Source: Candidatus Babeliales bacterium (GTDB lineage Bacteria > Babelota > Babeliae > Babelales > RVW-14). Taken from it: DNA of 64,000 nucleotides. Under the pieces are notes generated by a model. The model did not search any database. It was given only the letters and a program-made list of their open reading frames with translations, and was not told the DNA's origin. This document shows positions 26,416-34,881 of this stretch, one piece after another (within the stretch, counting starts at the first letter, position 1; each line of letters opens with the position of its first letter). Location of the stretch: NCBI GenBank assembly GCA_041671765.1, contig JBAZAX010000002.1, positions 3,609-67,608 of the forward strand. Direction: 5' to 3'. The position numbers and the translations under genes were made by a program.

Positions 26416-28917
26416 TCAAACTTTGTTCACGTAGCTTGCCAATAATTTTTTCTGACCACATTTAAATGCCACTGTTAAATAAAAGTCTTCAGAATTTTTT
26501 TCAACTTTTACAATCACACCTTGCCCAAATTTTTTATGAGCAACCATCAATCCACTTCTCCAGCCACCCATATTGCTCTCAGAATCTAATCTGGATATTT
26601 TATCTGCCTCAGGCTTTTTATTTGATACCGGCGTTTTTGAAGTAGAAGCTGAATAACGTGAATTTGAAAAATTTGAATTTTGTTTCGCATATGACGACTT
26701 TGTACCCGAACGGTTTATAACCGAACGGTTAGCAAGTGAACGGTTGGGAACCGAATGGTTGCCATGTGAAGGCGTTGCAACAGAATCTCTAGAATAATCC
26801 GGCTTTGAAAATGTCAGCACAGAACTAGTCAAAGCACGACCTAAAAACCATGATTCTAAAGTTTCCGTAATCTGCATACCCAACATTTTTTCAAAATCAA
26901 CTTTATGAACCAACTTGGCAGGAATTTCAGATAAAAATCTTGATGACACTTGCTCAACTATCTGTCCATAACTATTACGGTACGAAGCGGTAAAAAGTAA
27001 TAAATGTTCTTGAGCCCGCGTTATACCAACATAAAACAGACGCCGCTCTTCTTCTAATGCTTCAGAGGTACTTAAAGATTTTGATCCAGGAAGAAGACCT
27101 TCATCAAGCCCGGAAATTATTACTGCTTCAAATTCAAGACCCTTTGCTGCATGCAAAGTCATCATTTGTACTTTGTCACTATTTTCATTTTGCGCAAGTT
27201 TTTCTTGTAACAACGCAATGTCGTATAAATAATTTTCAAGTGTAGGAGCAGTCGGTTGCCACGAATTATAAGAATCACCAAATGGATCATCAGGAGAATC
27301 TGAACCTACTTGAGATCTAGGTTCAATCGAAGAGCTGGCAACCTTATTTTCAAAAAGTTGTGCCGAACCTAAAAACTCTTTAACGTTTTCAATTTTAGCT
27401 TCAGCTTCTTTGGGATCATAATTTTGTCTAAGATAACCCAGGTAATCAGTTGTTTTTAAAATAACTTCAATTACTTTACCAGGCAACATTGAGTTATCAA
27501 GTCCATCAAAAACTCTTAAAAAATCTCCAATTGAAATCTGCTTTCCCATAGGCTGAGAATCTTTTATAAATTTTAAAATTTGCTTGAAATCAAGCATAGG
27601 ATTCTGCATCCAAGCATCATGAGCATCCTGTTCAAACTTCGGTCCCAATCCACGAGTTGGACAATTGATTGCACGAAACAGACTAATTTTATCAAATGGA
27701 TTTGAAATTATTCGCATGTATGCAAGTAGATCTTTTATTTCTTTACGCTCATAAAACTGCAATCCGCCAACAATTTTATATGGAATGGAATGATAAATTA
27801 AGGCCTCTTCAATCTGTCTCGACTGAAAGTGCGTTCGATATAAAATTGCAATGTCACTCAGTTTCTTTTTTTTATCTTTTATAAAACTTTGAATAAAACG
27901 TGCGATTGCAGAAGATTCTTGCTCACCCGAACGACAATGTCCAATCAAAATTCTGTTTTTTGCCTCTTTTTCAGACCAAAGATTTTTGGGATTACGCAAT
28001 CGATTATTATCTATAACACAATTTGCTGCATCAAGAATTGGTTGAACAGATCGATAATTTTGCTCAATTTTAACAACACTGACAGGTGAAAAATCACGTT
28101 GAAATGAAAGCATGTTTGCAACGGTTGCTCCACGCCAAGAATAAATCGACTGATCTTCATCACCCACAGCGCACAGGGAATCGATTGTAAACTTATTATT
28201 TGCATCAAGCGCCATATACTGTAACAACTGGTGCTGCACCACGCTGGTATCTTGGTACTCATCAACAAGAAGATGCCTAACTCTTTTTTGAAATGTTTTT
28301 CTAAAATCGACATTCTTGCTAAAAAGATTTAACCCTTGTATCAGGAGATCATCAAAATCAAAACAATGCGCAGCAGCCTTTTCAACTTCATACTCACGGT
28401 GAATCTCACGAATAAATTGCGGCACCAAATCTTCGGCCTGCTTAGTCAAAAGATTATTTTTATAGGTTGAAAGCTGGTAACATGCCTGACTTGCGGTTAC
28501 ATATTTGGTCAAGGCGTTTTTTGTTATAATTTTTCTTATAAGCTCAACTTGATCATCACTATCAATAATTGAAAATTCGGGAAACGGCAACAATGAAGAA
28601 TTTCTACGTAAAAGTAGTAAACAGTATGAGTGAAACGTTCCCACAAATGGAACTCTTTTGGATGTCCCTAAAAACGAAGCAATTCGCTCTTTCATCTCCC
28701 CTGCCGCTTTATTTGTAAAAGTAAGAGCAACAATCGATGATGGATCCGCCTCTTGATTAAGAATTAGATTTGCAATGCGTGCAGTAATTACACGTGTTTT
28801 ACCTGAACCTGCGCCGGCGATAACCAATGTAGCAGGATCTTGGCTCTTTACGGCCATCTGCTGGGGACCATTTAAATTTTTGTTTAAAAACTCGTTAAAA
28901 GCTTGTTTGTGTTCCAT
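26416..28917 (-). CDS. UvrD/PcrA/Rep-family ATP-dependent DNA helicase
   Basis: 'LNGPQQMAV...VIAGAGSGKTRVITARI', 'LLVDEYQDT', 'ILYRTH' and 'TLHAAKGLEF'. I prefer start ATG 28915-28917 ('MEHKQAFNEFL') over the ORF-track start at 29007. Confidence 0.85.
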   Translation of the reverse strand: MEHKQAFNEFLNKNLNGPQQMAVKSQDPATLVIAGAGSGKTRVITARIANLILNQEADPSSIVALTFTNKAAGEMKERIASFLGTSKRVPFVGTFHSYCLLLLRRNSSLLPFPEFSIIDSDDQVELIRKIITKNALTKYVTASQACYQLSTYKNNLLTKQAEDLVPQFIREIHREYEVEKAAAHCFDFDDLLIQGLNLFSKNVDFRKTFQKRVRHLLVDEYQDTSVVQHQLLQYMALDANNKFTIDSLCAVGDEDQSIYSWRGATVANMLSFQRDFSPVSVVKIEQNYRSVQPILDAANCVIDNNRLRNPKNLWSEKEAKNRILIGHCRSGEQESSAIARFIQSFIKDKKKKLSDIAILYRTHFQSRQIEEALIYHSIPYKIVGGLQFYERKEIKDLLAYMRIISNPFDKISLFRAINCPTRGLGPKFEQDAHDAWMQNPMLDFKQILKFIKDSQPMGKQISIGDFLRVFDGLDNSMLPGKVIEVILKTTDYLGYLRQNYDPKEAEAKIENVKEFLGSAQLFENKVASSSIEPRSQVGSDSPDDPFGDSYNSWQPTAPTLENYLYDIALLQEKLAQNENSDKVQMMTLHAAKGLEFEAVIISGLDEGLLPGSKSLSTSEALEEERRLFYVGITRAQEHLLLFTASYRNSYGQIVEQVSSRFLSEIPAKLVHKVDFEKMLGMQITETLESWFLGRALTSSVLTFSKPDYSRDSVATPSHGNHSVPNRSLANRSVINRSGTKSSYAKQNSNFSNSRYSASTSKTPVSNKKPEADKISRLDSESNMGGWRSGLMVAHKKFGQGVIVKVEKNSEDFYLTVAFKCGQKKLLASYVNKV
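26704..26778. repeat. Degenerate 15-bp tandem repeat (about 5 units) in the helicase C-terminal linker
   Basis: Units 'ACCCGAACGGTTTAT', 'AACCGAACGGTTAGC', 'AAGTGAACGGTTGGG', 'AACCGAATGGTTGCC' and 'ATGTGAAGGCGTTGC'. They encode 'GNHSVPNRSLANRSVINRSG'. Confidence 0.75.
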
Positions 28918-29095
28918 CGATAAATTCCAACTAAAAACGCAGGGTAAAGCACGCAAGACAAAGCACGAATGTGAAGTATACAAAAATTTTACAATGCTGG
29001 GAAACAAAAAAACAAAACTCTTGATATCATAGAAAAATCAATTTTATAATGCTTAAAGTTTATAAAGTTAAATTTTTTAGCAAAGGGAGATTTTT

Positions 29096-29785
29096 ATGAA
29101 TAGTAATGCTTTTAAGTACTCATTGATTTTACTAACAATTACATCAAGCCTTTTTATTTCACTTAATCCAATAGCTGCACCAAAATATTTACGCGATTTA
29201 GACATTGAAATTAAAGATATTACTAAGCAGACAAGTATGGATGCCGCAAATCAATTAAAAAATAAAAAAACTATTGCAATAAAATCTCTTAAAAATGGCG
29301 GATATGTTTATGCATCAAATGATTCAGACAACCAAATAATAAAAACATTAAAATCTGAAGGGACTTTCACACATTTGGCATACGTATACAACACACCACA
29401 AGAAACTCATTTTATTGTAGTAAAATCTAAAACTAATGGAGTTATTTATTTAAAATCAATGTTTATGGAAGGCAAAGTTCTTGCATGCGACACTTCTACA
29501 GATAAAATAACATTTAAATCTTTTAACGAAAAAGACGAAACACAACAATGGGAAATTCAAAGTGGAGATGGTCTTAATCAAGTTTATTTTAAAAATAGAG
29601 GCTACAAAGATGCTTCCTGTTTTTTAAGTATAGACGGCGAAAAATCAAAAGATGAAAAACCCTCCGAAAACACCCCGGGACCGCTTAAGATTGGCACGAC
29701 AAAACAGACCGAACCATGCATGAATTGCACATCGATTGACACCCCAACCAAATCTGAGCTATTTAAAATTGTCGTGTTAGACTAA
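29096..29785 (+). CDS. Hypothetical secreted protein (possible beta-trefoil/QxW-containing)
   Basis: Signal-like 'LILLTITSSLFISLNPIAA'. A single 'QQW' motif. RBS 'AAGGGAG' upstream. Confidence 0.5.
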   Translation: MNSNAFKYSLILLTITSSLFISLNPIAAPKYLRDLDIEIKDITKQTSMDAANQLKNKKTIAIKSLKNGGYVYASNDSDNQIIKTLKSEGTFTHLAYVYNTPQETHFIVVKSKTNGVIYLKSMFMEGKVLACDTSTDKITFKSFNEKDETQQWEIQSGDGLNQVYFKNRGYKDASCFLSIDGEKSKDEKPSENTPGPLKIGTTKQTEPCMNCTSIDTPTKSELFKIVVLD

Positions 29786-29971
29786 TTTACGTAAATACCA
29801 ATTTTTCAATTGAACTTTACTTAGAGATCGTCTACGATCTCTAAAAGACGATGACGCGGCAGCAGCCGATGTGGATGCTCCAAAGGAAGTTTGTGCATGT
29901 GCTTTTCCTTTGTATATTGCCATGTAATCCAATACATCTTCAAACGATCTAATCTCTCCCGCTCTTACCAC
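29777..29971 (-). CDS. Questionable small ORF in a locally GC-richer intergenic patch
   Basis: 64-aa ORF with an Ala/Ser run 'ASTSAAAASSS'. It overlaps the convergent stop by 9 nt, has no recognisable family and contains a perfect 9-bp hairpin. Confidence 0.2.
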   Translation of the reverse strand: MVRAGEIRSFEDVLDYMAIYKGKAHAQTSFGASTSAAAASSSFRDRRRSLSKVQLKNWYLRKLV

Positions 29972-30120
29972 CGGTATTAAAATGCCTCAACTAATTAATA
30001 ATCGTCTGAATCAGGCCACCCAAAGATACTTTAATCAAATCATAAGACATATTATGTTAAATTATGTTCAAAAAATGTTGCAGCCCTGACAAAAATTGAC
30101 AAATATGCTAGTATAACCTC

Positions 30121-32352
30121 ATGAATACAGTAAAATTTAAAAGAATATTAATATTAATTTCAAGCGTTTTGGCACTATTTGCTATTACATGGGTAGAGCT
30201 TTTTTTGCAACGCAAACAAAACATCATTGGCGCAGGAATTAATCGTGCATTTCTTTTCCTGCTAATCAATTTTCACGTCATTATCATAGCTTTCCTGTTA
30301 TATGTGATCATAAGACAAAGTATAAAGTTGTTTCTTGAATGGCACCGTTCAACTCCAGGATCAGTCTTTAAACGTAATCTACTTTTTGCGTTAACCCTCT
30401 TTTCTGTCATTCCATCGTTTTTTGTTTTTTTCACAGCGGGTAAATTCATATCAACAAGCATCGATGACTGGTTTCACACACGTATAAGCCAGGGACTACA
30501 AAATGGGTTGAAGCTTCACGAAATTCAAACAGAAGATTTGCGACTGCGTATGGTAACCCACGGAGAAGAATTATTAAAAAACATAGACTCACAAATAAAA
30601 GAAGAGAGTCCCGATAATCCAATATTTAGTGAGGCTTTCAAAAGAGAGTTTGAAAATCTAAAATTAAAATATCCCGAAGCAAAAAACTACTCCTTCTATG
30701 TTTGGCAAGAAAATAGAAGTGGAATCTTGGGAAAAATAAAAGATGAAGTTTTGGTTTGGCGAGAATATCGCAAACTCAATGATCGCACAACACATCATCT
30801 GAAAAAAGAGTTTTTTCAGGCCATGAACATTTACGAGGGTAAAAAGCCTTTCGATTTTTACGGATCATTATACTGGGTAAAAAAAATTAACACAGTATAT
30901 TTTGTTCTAGCTCAAAGATATCCGGCCTCAATCCGATACCCACTTATTGAAATTCAAAACTCTATTTCAGATTATCAGCAGCTAAAATCAATGCGAAATC
31001 CCATTTATTTTTCTTATATATGTACATTTATTTTTATAACACTTTTGATTTTATTTTTATCCATATGGTGTGCATTTTACTTTGCTCGTGGACTTGTCCA
31101 ACCAATTCAAGAACTTTTAGGGGCCATGATACAAATAAGAAATGGTAACTGGGATGTAAAGGTAAATTATCATCCCGACAATGATTTAAACCATTTGACG
31201 CACGGATTTAATGATATGACCAATGCACTCAAAATGGCGCAGATCCAACTCAATGAAAAAAACCGTGAGATGATGCTAATTCTCGAAAATATACGCGCCA
31301 GCGTTTTTTTGGTAAACAAATTTGGTCGAATAGTGACTTCTAATATTCCAGGTCAAAAAATGATCCACGACCTTTTTGGCTCATCCGAATGCGAAAATAA
31401 AAAAATAAACGTATTTTGTCCTGAAATTAAAAATAAGATTATTGAGCTAACCCGCGAATTAGTAAAAACGCAAAAACAAAATATCATAAAAGAGATTTCA
31501 TTTTCACATCATGGAGAAGATAAAACGTTCATGATCCACCTGGCAAAAATTAACATTGAGCACTCCCTTGAGGTCACAGAAAAAGGCCTACTTATATTCA
31601 TTGAAGACCTAACTGACATAGTCAAAATCAACACACTCAAAACATGGCAAGAAGCTGCAAAACAGATGGCTCACGAGGTCAAAAATCCACTTACTCCCAT
31701 TCAAATATCCACACAACGGCTGCAGCGTAAATACAGTGATGCACTAAATAATGACCCAATATTTATCGACTGCACAAACATTATTCTGGAGCAAGTAAAA
31801 ACAATTAAAGACTTGGTTTCGCATTTTTCAAAATTTGCATCAATGCCTCAGCTTTTTCTTGAAACTGCAAACATAAACGAACTAATCACGCAAACAATTC
31901 GCTTGTATCAGGTAAGCTACCCTGATATCAATATCGTTCTTAATCTTGATCATGCTATCACAGAAATGAAACTTGATAAGAAAAAAATACGCAGAGTATT
32001 CACAAATTTACTTGATAACAGCATCAGAGCAATTCAACAAGAACAACCCTCATCAGATTACAAACCATTTATCAAAATTCAGACCCGATTTATAAAGCAT
32101 CAAAATAAAATAGAAATTTTATTTATAGATAATGGCCCCGGCATTCCAAAAATAATTCAAAACAAGCTTTTCATGCCTTATGTTTCCACTGATAAAAAGA
32201 ATATGGGGTTAGGACTTGCCATTGTTCGCGATATTATTGAACAAATGGGCGGAAAGATTGAACTAGAAAAATCTGATTCTCAAATAAACGAACCCCAAAA
32301 ACTAGGTGCTCGATTTAAAATTGAGCTACCATTTAATATTTTTAAGATTTAA
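30121..32352 (+). CDS. Sensor histidine kinase (NtrY-like: TM-HAMP-PAS-HisKA-HATPase)
   Basis: N-terminal TM helices. H-box 'MAHEVKNPLTPI', N-box 'NLLDNSIRA', G1 'DNGPGIP' and G2 'GLGLAIV'. No response regulator is adjacent. Confidence 0.85.
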   Translation: MNTVKFKRILILISSVLALFAITWVELFLQRKQNIIGAGINRAFLFLLINFHVIIIAFLLYVIIRQSIKLFLEWHRSTPGSVFKRNLLFALTLFSVIPSFFVFFTAGKFISTSIDDWFHTRISQGLQNGLKLHEIQTEDLRLRMVTHGEELLKNIDSQIKEESPDNPIFSEAFKREFENLKLKYPEAKNYSFYVWQENRSGILGKIKDEVLVWREYRKLNDRTTHHLKKEFFQAMNIYEGKKPFDFYGSLYWVKKINTVYFVLAQRYPASIRYPLIEIQNSISDYQQLKSMRNPIYFSYICTFIFITLLILFLSIWCAFYFARGLVQPIQELLGAMIQIRNGNWDVKVNYHPDNDLNHLTHGFNDMTNALKMAQIQLNEKNREMMLILENIRASVFLVNKFGRIVTSNIPGQKMIHDLFGSSECENKKINVFCPEIKNKIIELTRELVKTQKQNIIKEISFSHHGEDKTFMIHLAKINIEHSLEVTEKGLLIFIEDLTDIVKINTLKTWQEAAKQMAHEVKNPLTPIQISTQRLQRKYSDALNNDPIFIDCTNIILEQVKTIKDLVSHFSKFASMPQLFLETANINELITQTIRLYQVSYPDINIVLNLDHAITEMKLDKKKIRRVFTNLLDNSIRAIQQEQPSSDYKPFIKIQTRFIKHQNKIEILFIDNGPGIPKIIQNKLFMPYVSTDKKNMGLGLAIVRDIIEQMGGKIELEKSDSQINEPQKLGARFKIELPFNIFKI

Positions 32353-32353
32353 C

Positions 32354-33559
32354 CTAGCCTATTGAATACGCCAAATTAAATATCGGCAAATAGATCATCC
32401 AAATTAAAATACCGGTTATTAAACCTACAGTAATCAACAAGACAGGTTGAAAGAGTGTGGTTAAAATAAGTACAAAACGCCTAAGTTCTTCCTGGAATGA
32501 TTCGGTCGCTCTGCCTAAAACATCGGCCAATGCTCCCGTCTGCTCTCCAACATTTATCAGCGCAACAAGGGTTGCCTGTCTATAAAAACTGGGCAGCAAT
32601 GCAATAGAATCAGACAATGTTCTCCCACGTGTTATATTATCAATGGCATTATTCACATTGCTCCTCAAGTACCCGTTATTCATTGAATCCCGAGCACATA
32701 CAACAGCATCTTTCAATGGAATTCCTGATTTTAGAAGAACAGTTAACGCCTGCAGAAAATGCGTAAAATTTGAAAGCTCAACCAAGTTTTTAACATATGG
32801 AATTGAAATAAAAAGCCAGTCTTTGAACCTTTTTACCCGATTTTTGCCCAGCAAAAACATACCCCCAAAAAATCCCGCAACTAATGTTATTAATGCTGCA
32901 GCTCCCCGCCAAGAACGCAAAAATTTGCTAACCCAGATTATTCTTTTCGTAGCAGTCGGCAGTTGCTTGCCTATAGAGCTAAAAAATATTTCGAACTGCG
33001 GCACAACAAGTATTAAAATTACTACTACAATCAATAACGCAAAAAAGACTGTAACAATCGGCATAAGAGCAGCACTGTACAAATCCTTTCTCAACTGTTG
33101 ATCTTTTTTTATGTGCAGTGAAATTTGAGCAAGCACAAAGCTTAATTGTCCACTACGTAGCCCAACTTCAATCATTTGAGTTATAAAATCATTAAATATT
33201 TTTTTATGCTTTGAAAGTGCAACTGCCAAACTATTCCCATTTTGCAAATCTATTCTTATACACCCCAAAATATCGCGCAGTTTATTGTTATGCTCCTGCT
33301 GTTCAACAGTTTTAATTGCACTCAATAAATCAACTCCTCCATCTAGCAACATGGCCATCTGATCAAAAAAGTTTATAAAATCATACTGAGACAAACGCCT
33401 GCTAATCTGCCACTGTTTTTTATCCTCAATGCGGCAGCTTAATAGCGCAACACCATTATTCAAAAGCTGGTTTTTTAAAGCGTCTTGATTATCCGCAAAT
33501 ACATTCCCTTTAACTTGATTTCCAACAACATCAATCCCCTTCCATAAAAATTTTGGCAT
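32354..33559 (-). CDS. Type II secretion / type IV pilus platform protein (GspF/PilC family)
   Basis: 401 aa with two repeats of the T2SS-F-type segment ('MAMLLDGGVDLLSAIK' and 'LTVLLKSGIPLKDAV') and 3-4 TM helices. Confidence 0.8.
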   Translation of the reverse strand: MPKFLWKGIDVVGNQVKGNVFADNQDALKNQLLNNGVALLSCRIEDKKQWQISRRLSQYDFINFFDQMAMLLDGGVDLLSAIKTVEQQEHNNKLRDILGCIRIDLQNGNSLAVALSKHKKIFNDFITQMIEVGLRSGQLSFVLAQISLHIKKDQQLRKDLYSAALMPIVTVFFALLIVVVILILVVPQFEIFFSSIGKQLPTATKRIIWVSKFLRSWRGAAALITLVAGFFGGMFLLGKNRVKRFKDWLFISIPYVKNLVELSNFTHFLQALTVLLKSGIPLKDAVVCARDSMNNGYLRSNVNNAIDNITRGRTLSDSIALLPSFYRQATLVALINVGEQTGALADVLGRATESFQEELRRFVLILTTLFQPVLLITVGLITGILIWMIYLPIFNLAYSIG

Positions 33560-33573
33560 AAAAAGCCTCTTTT

Positions 33574-34014
33574 TTATCTGTTTTTTTTATGAATAGATCT
33601 CTTCTGCAACTTAAGAACCCGTTGAAATGGTTCGACAAGCTCACCACGAGCGGGTTCTTCAAAATGTTCATCGCGCTCACCCTGAGCTTGTCGAAGGGTC
33701 TGCTTGCTTGCATTTAGAAGAGATCTAGTAACTTCTTGTGTAACACTTATGCCAAGCCTTACCAATACACTGGATAGATCAAAATTTTGTGTATCAATTT
33801 TTATCATTTTGTTCCTCGATGTTGCGCCACGCAATATTTTAAAACAATCAGTAGAGATCCCAAGTGCTTTACTTAGTAGCTTTACCAATTCCTCATTTGC
33901 CTTCCCACCTTCTGGCTTACTTTTTAATCTGCACTTAATAATTCCGGATTTATCTTGCTCAAAGCCCTGCTGTTTGGAGTTTGGAACAACTTTTAACTCA
34001 ATAACTACAGACAT
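33574..34014 (-). CDS. DUF167 (YggU-like) protein with repeat-encoded C-terminal extension
   Basis: 'LKVVPNSK...KCRLKSKPEGGKANEELVKLLSKALG' is the DUF167 core. The last ~45 codons ('LRQAQGERDEHFEEPARGELVEPFQRVL') are read from a GC-rich repeat. Confidence 0.7.
   Translation of the reverse strand: MSVVIELKVVPNSKQQGFEQDKSGIIKCRLKSKPEGGKANEELVKLLSKALGISTDCFKILRGATSRNKMIKIDTQNFDLSSVLVRLGISVTQEVTRSLLNASKQTLRQAQGERDEHFEEPARGELVEPFQRVLKLQKRSIHKKNR
33611..33705. repeat. GC-rich repeat (modules B + A, opposite orientation to 17761-17890)
   Basis: 'AAGAACCCGTTGAAATGGTTCGACAAGCTCACCACGAGCGGGTTCTT' has 9-bp inverted arms. It is followed by 'TCGCGCTCACCCTGAGCTTGTCGAAGGG'. Confidence 0.85.
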
Positions 34015-34144
34015 TTACTCAGCCTTTCGAGTTAAATTTATGTTATTTTTTAAAATTTCAATATAAAAACGAGACATTTTTGATAGTATATCTTATAATA
34101 TTTTACATATTATCGGATCAAGTACTTTGAAATTTAGCAAATTA

Positions 34145-34221
34145 GCGCCCATAGCTCAATTGGATAGAGCGTCAGACTACGGATCTGAAGGTTAGAGGTT
34201 CGACTCCTCTTGGGCGCACCA
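34145..34221 (+). tRNA. tRNA-Arg (anticodon ACG), CCA encoded
   Basis: Hand-folded cloverleaf: acceptor GCGCCCA/TGGGCGC, D arm GCTC..GAGC, anticodon stem TCAGA/TCTGA with loop CTACGGA, and T arm AGAGG-TTCGACT-CCTCT. Confidence 0.9.
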
Positions 34222-34235
34222 TAAAAATATTGCTT

Positions 34236-34327
34236 GGAGAGATGGCTGAGTGGCTGAAAGCACTTGCCTGCTAAGCAAGTATCTGGAGAAATCCGGGTCG
34301 AGGGTTCGAATCCCTCTCTCTCCACCA
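34236..34327 (+). tRNA. tRNA-Ser (anticodon GCT), long variable arm, CCA encoded
   Basis: Acceptor GGAGAGA/TCTCTCC, anticodon stem CTTGC/GCAAG with loop CTGCTAA, long variable arm, and T arm GAGGG-TTCGAAT-CCCTC. Confidence 0.9.
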
Positions 34328-34374
34328 GTCTTCGCAGCTATGCAGCTTCGCCTGGCTGACGCCATTAACGGCCA
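34328..34374. repeat. Module C-like GC-rich copy abutting tRNA-Ser(GCT) 3' end
   Basis: 'GTCTTCGCAGCTATGCAGCTTCGCCTGGCTGACGCC'. Compare 'GCCTTCGCTTTGAAATAGCTTCGGCGGGCAGGCC' at 551-583. Confidence 0.55.
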
Positions 34375-34426
34375 AATACTTTAATCTTTGAATTTAGTTC
34401 TTTAAAATATCAATTTATTATTCTCT

Positions 34427-34518
34427 GGAGAGGTGGCAGAGTGGTTGAATGCGACGGTCTTGAAAACCGTTATTCCGGGAGACTGGAATCGTGGGTTCGA
34501 ATCCCACCCTCTCCACCA
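34427..34518 (+). tRNA. tRNA-Ser (anticodon TGA), long variable arm, CCA encoded
   Basis: Acceptor GGAGAGG/CCTCTCC, anticodon stem ACGGT/ACCGT with loop CTTGAAA, long variable arm, and T loop TTCGAAT. Confidence 0.9.
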
Positions 34519-34552
34519 GCATATGCCCTATGTGGCTACGACTGGCAGGCCA
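34519..34552. repeat. Module C-like GC-rich copy abutting tRNA-Ser(TGA) 3' end
   Basis: 'TGGCTACGACTGGCAGGCC'. Compare 'TAGCTTCGGCGGGCAGGCC'. Confidence 0.5.
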
Positions 34553-34640
34553 TTTCTTTTAATGTTTAAACTTAAATAACGCCAACTCGATAATTAGTGA
34601 AAGAGCTGTGCAAATCTAAAACGACTTTCAATTGTAGATT

Positions 34641-34675
34641 TGTCATCCTGAATTTATTTCAGGATCCATGGATTA
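34641..34675. repeat. Module D copy
   Basis: 'TGTCATCCTGAATTTATTTCAGGATCCATGGATTAG' has an internal hairpin (CCTGAA/TTCAGG). Its end is identical to 532-546 in reverse complement. Confidence 0.8.
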
Positions 34676-34718
34676 GTTTTTCCTATTATCAATTTACAAA
34701 AATTTTGAATTAATTTAT

Positions 34719-34752
34719 CCATAGATGCTGAAACTAGTTCAGCATGACAAAG
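34719..34752. repeat. Module D copy, inverted relative to 34641-34675
   Basis: 'CCATAGATGCTGAAACTAGTTCAGCATGACAAAG'. Its reverse complement aligns with the copy 45 bp upstream. Confidence 0.7.
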
Positions 34753-34881
34753 TGTTGCCAAAGCTCTGCCTGATTCACTGCTATATTAATTTTAGAGCTA
34801 TCGAGTTGCTGTTAATATAAATATTTTATGTTTACTCGCTTAAATCAACCAATTTTCCTGAAAAAATACGCTATATCCAAA

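Noticed and set aside
26704-26778. CRISPR-like regular short repeats (also considered for 40330-40412)
   Set aside because: The units are contiguous with no spacers, lie inside intact ORFs and keep the reading frame. They are coding tandem repeats, not CRISPR arrays.
29845-29905. Possible SRP (4.5S) RNA, because of 'GAUGACGCG' and 'AGCAGCC' strings
   Set aside because: The strings are in the wrong order relative to the 4.5S domain IV, as I recall the E. coli sequence. There is no GNRA tetraloop hairpin or complementary 5' strand, so I do not call an ncRNA.
33531-33713. 60-aa ORF 'MQASRPFDKLRVSAMNILKNPLVVSLSNHF...'
   Set aside because: It is a translation of the GC-rich repeat (modules A and B) in another phase. 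It overlaps both the DUF167 gene and the pilC start region, and nothing apart from the repeat supports it as a gene.
34134-34325. 63-aa minus-strand ORF from the ORF track
   Set aside because: It lies entirely antisense to tRNA-Arg(ACG) and tRNA-Ser(GCT). The open frame is a by-product of the tRNA sequence.
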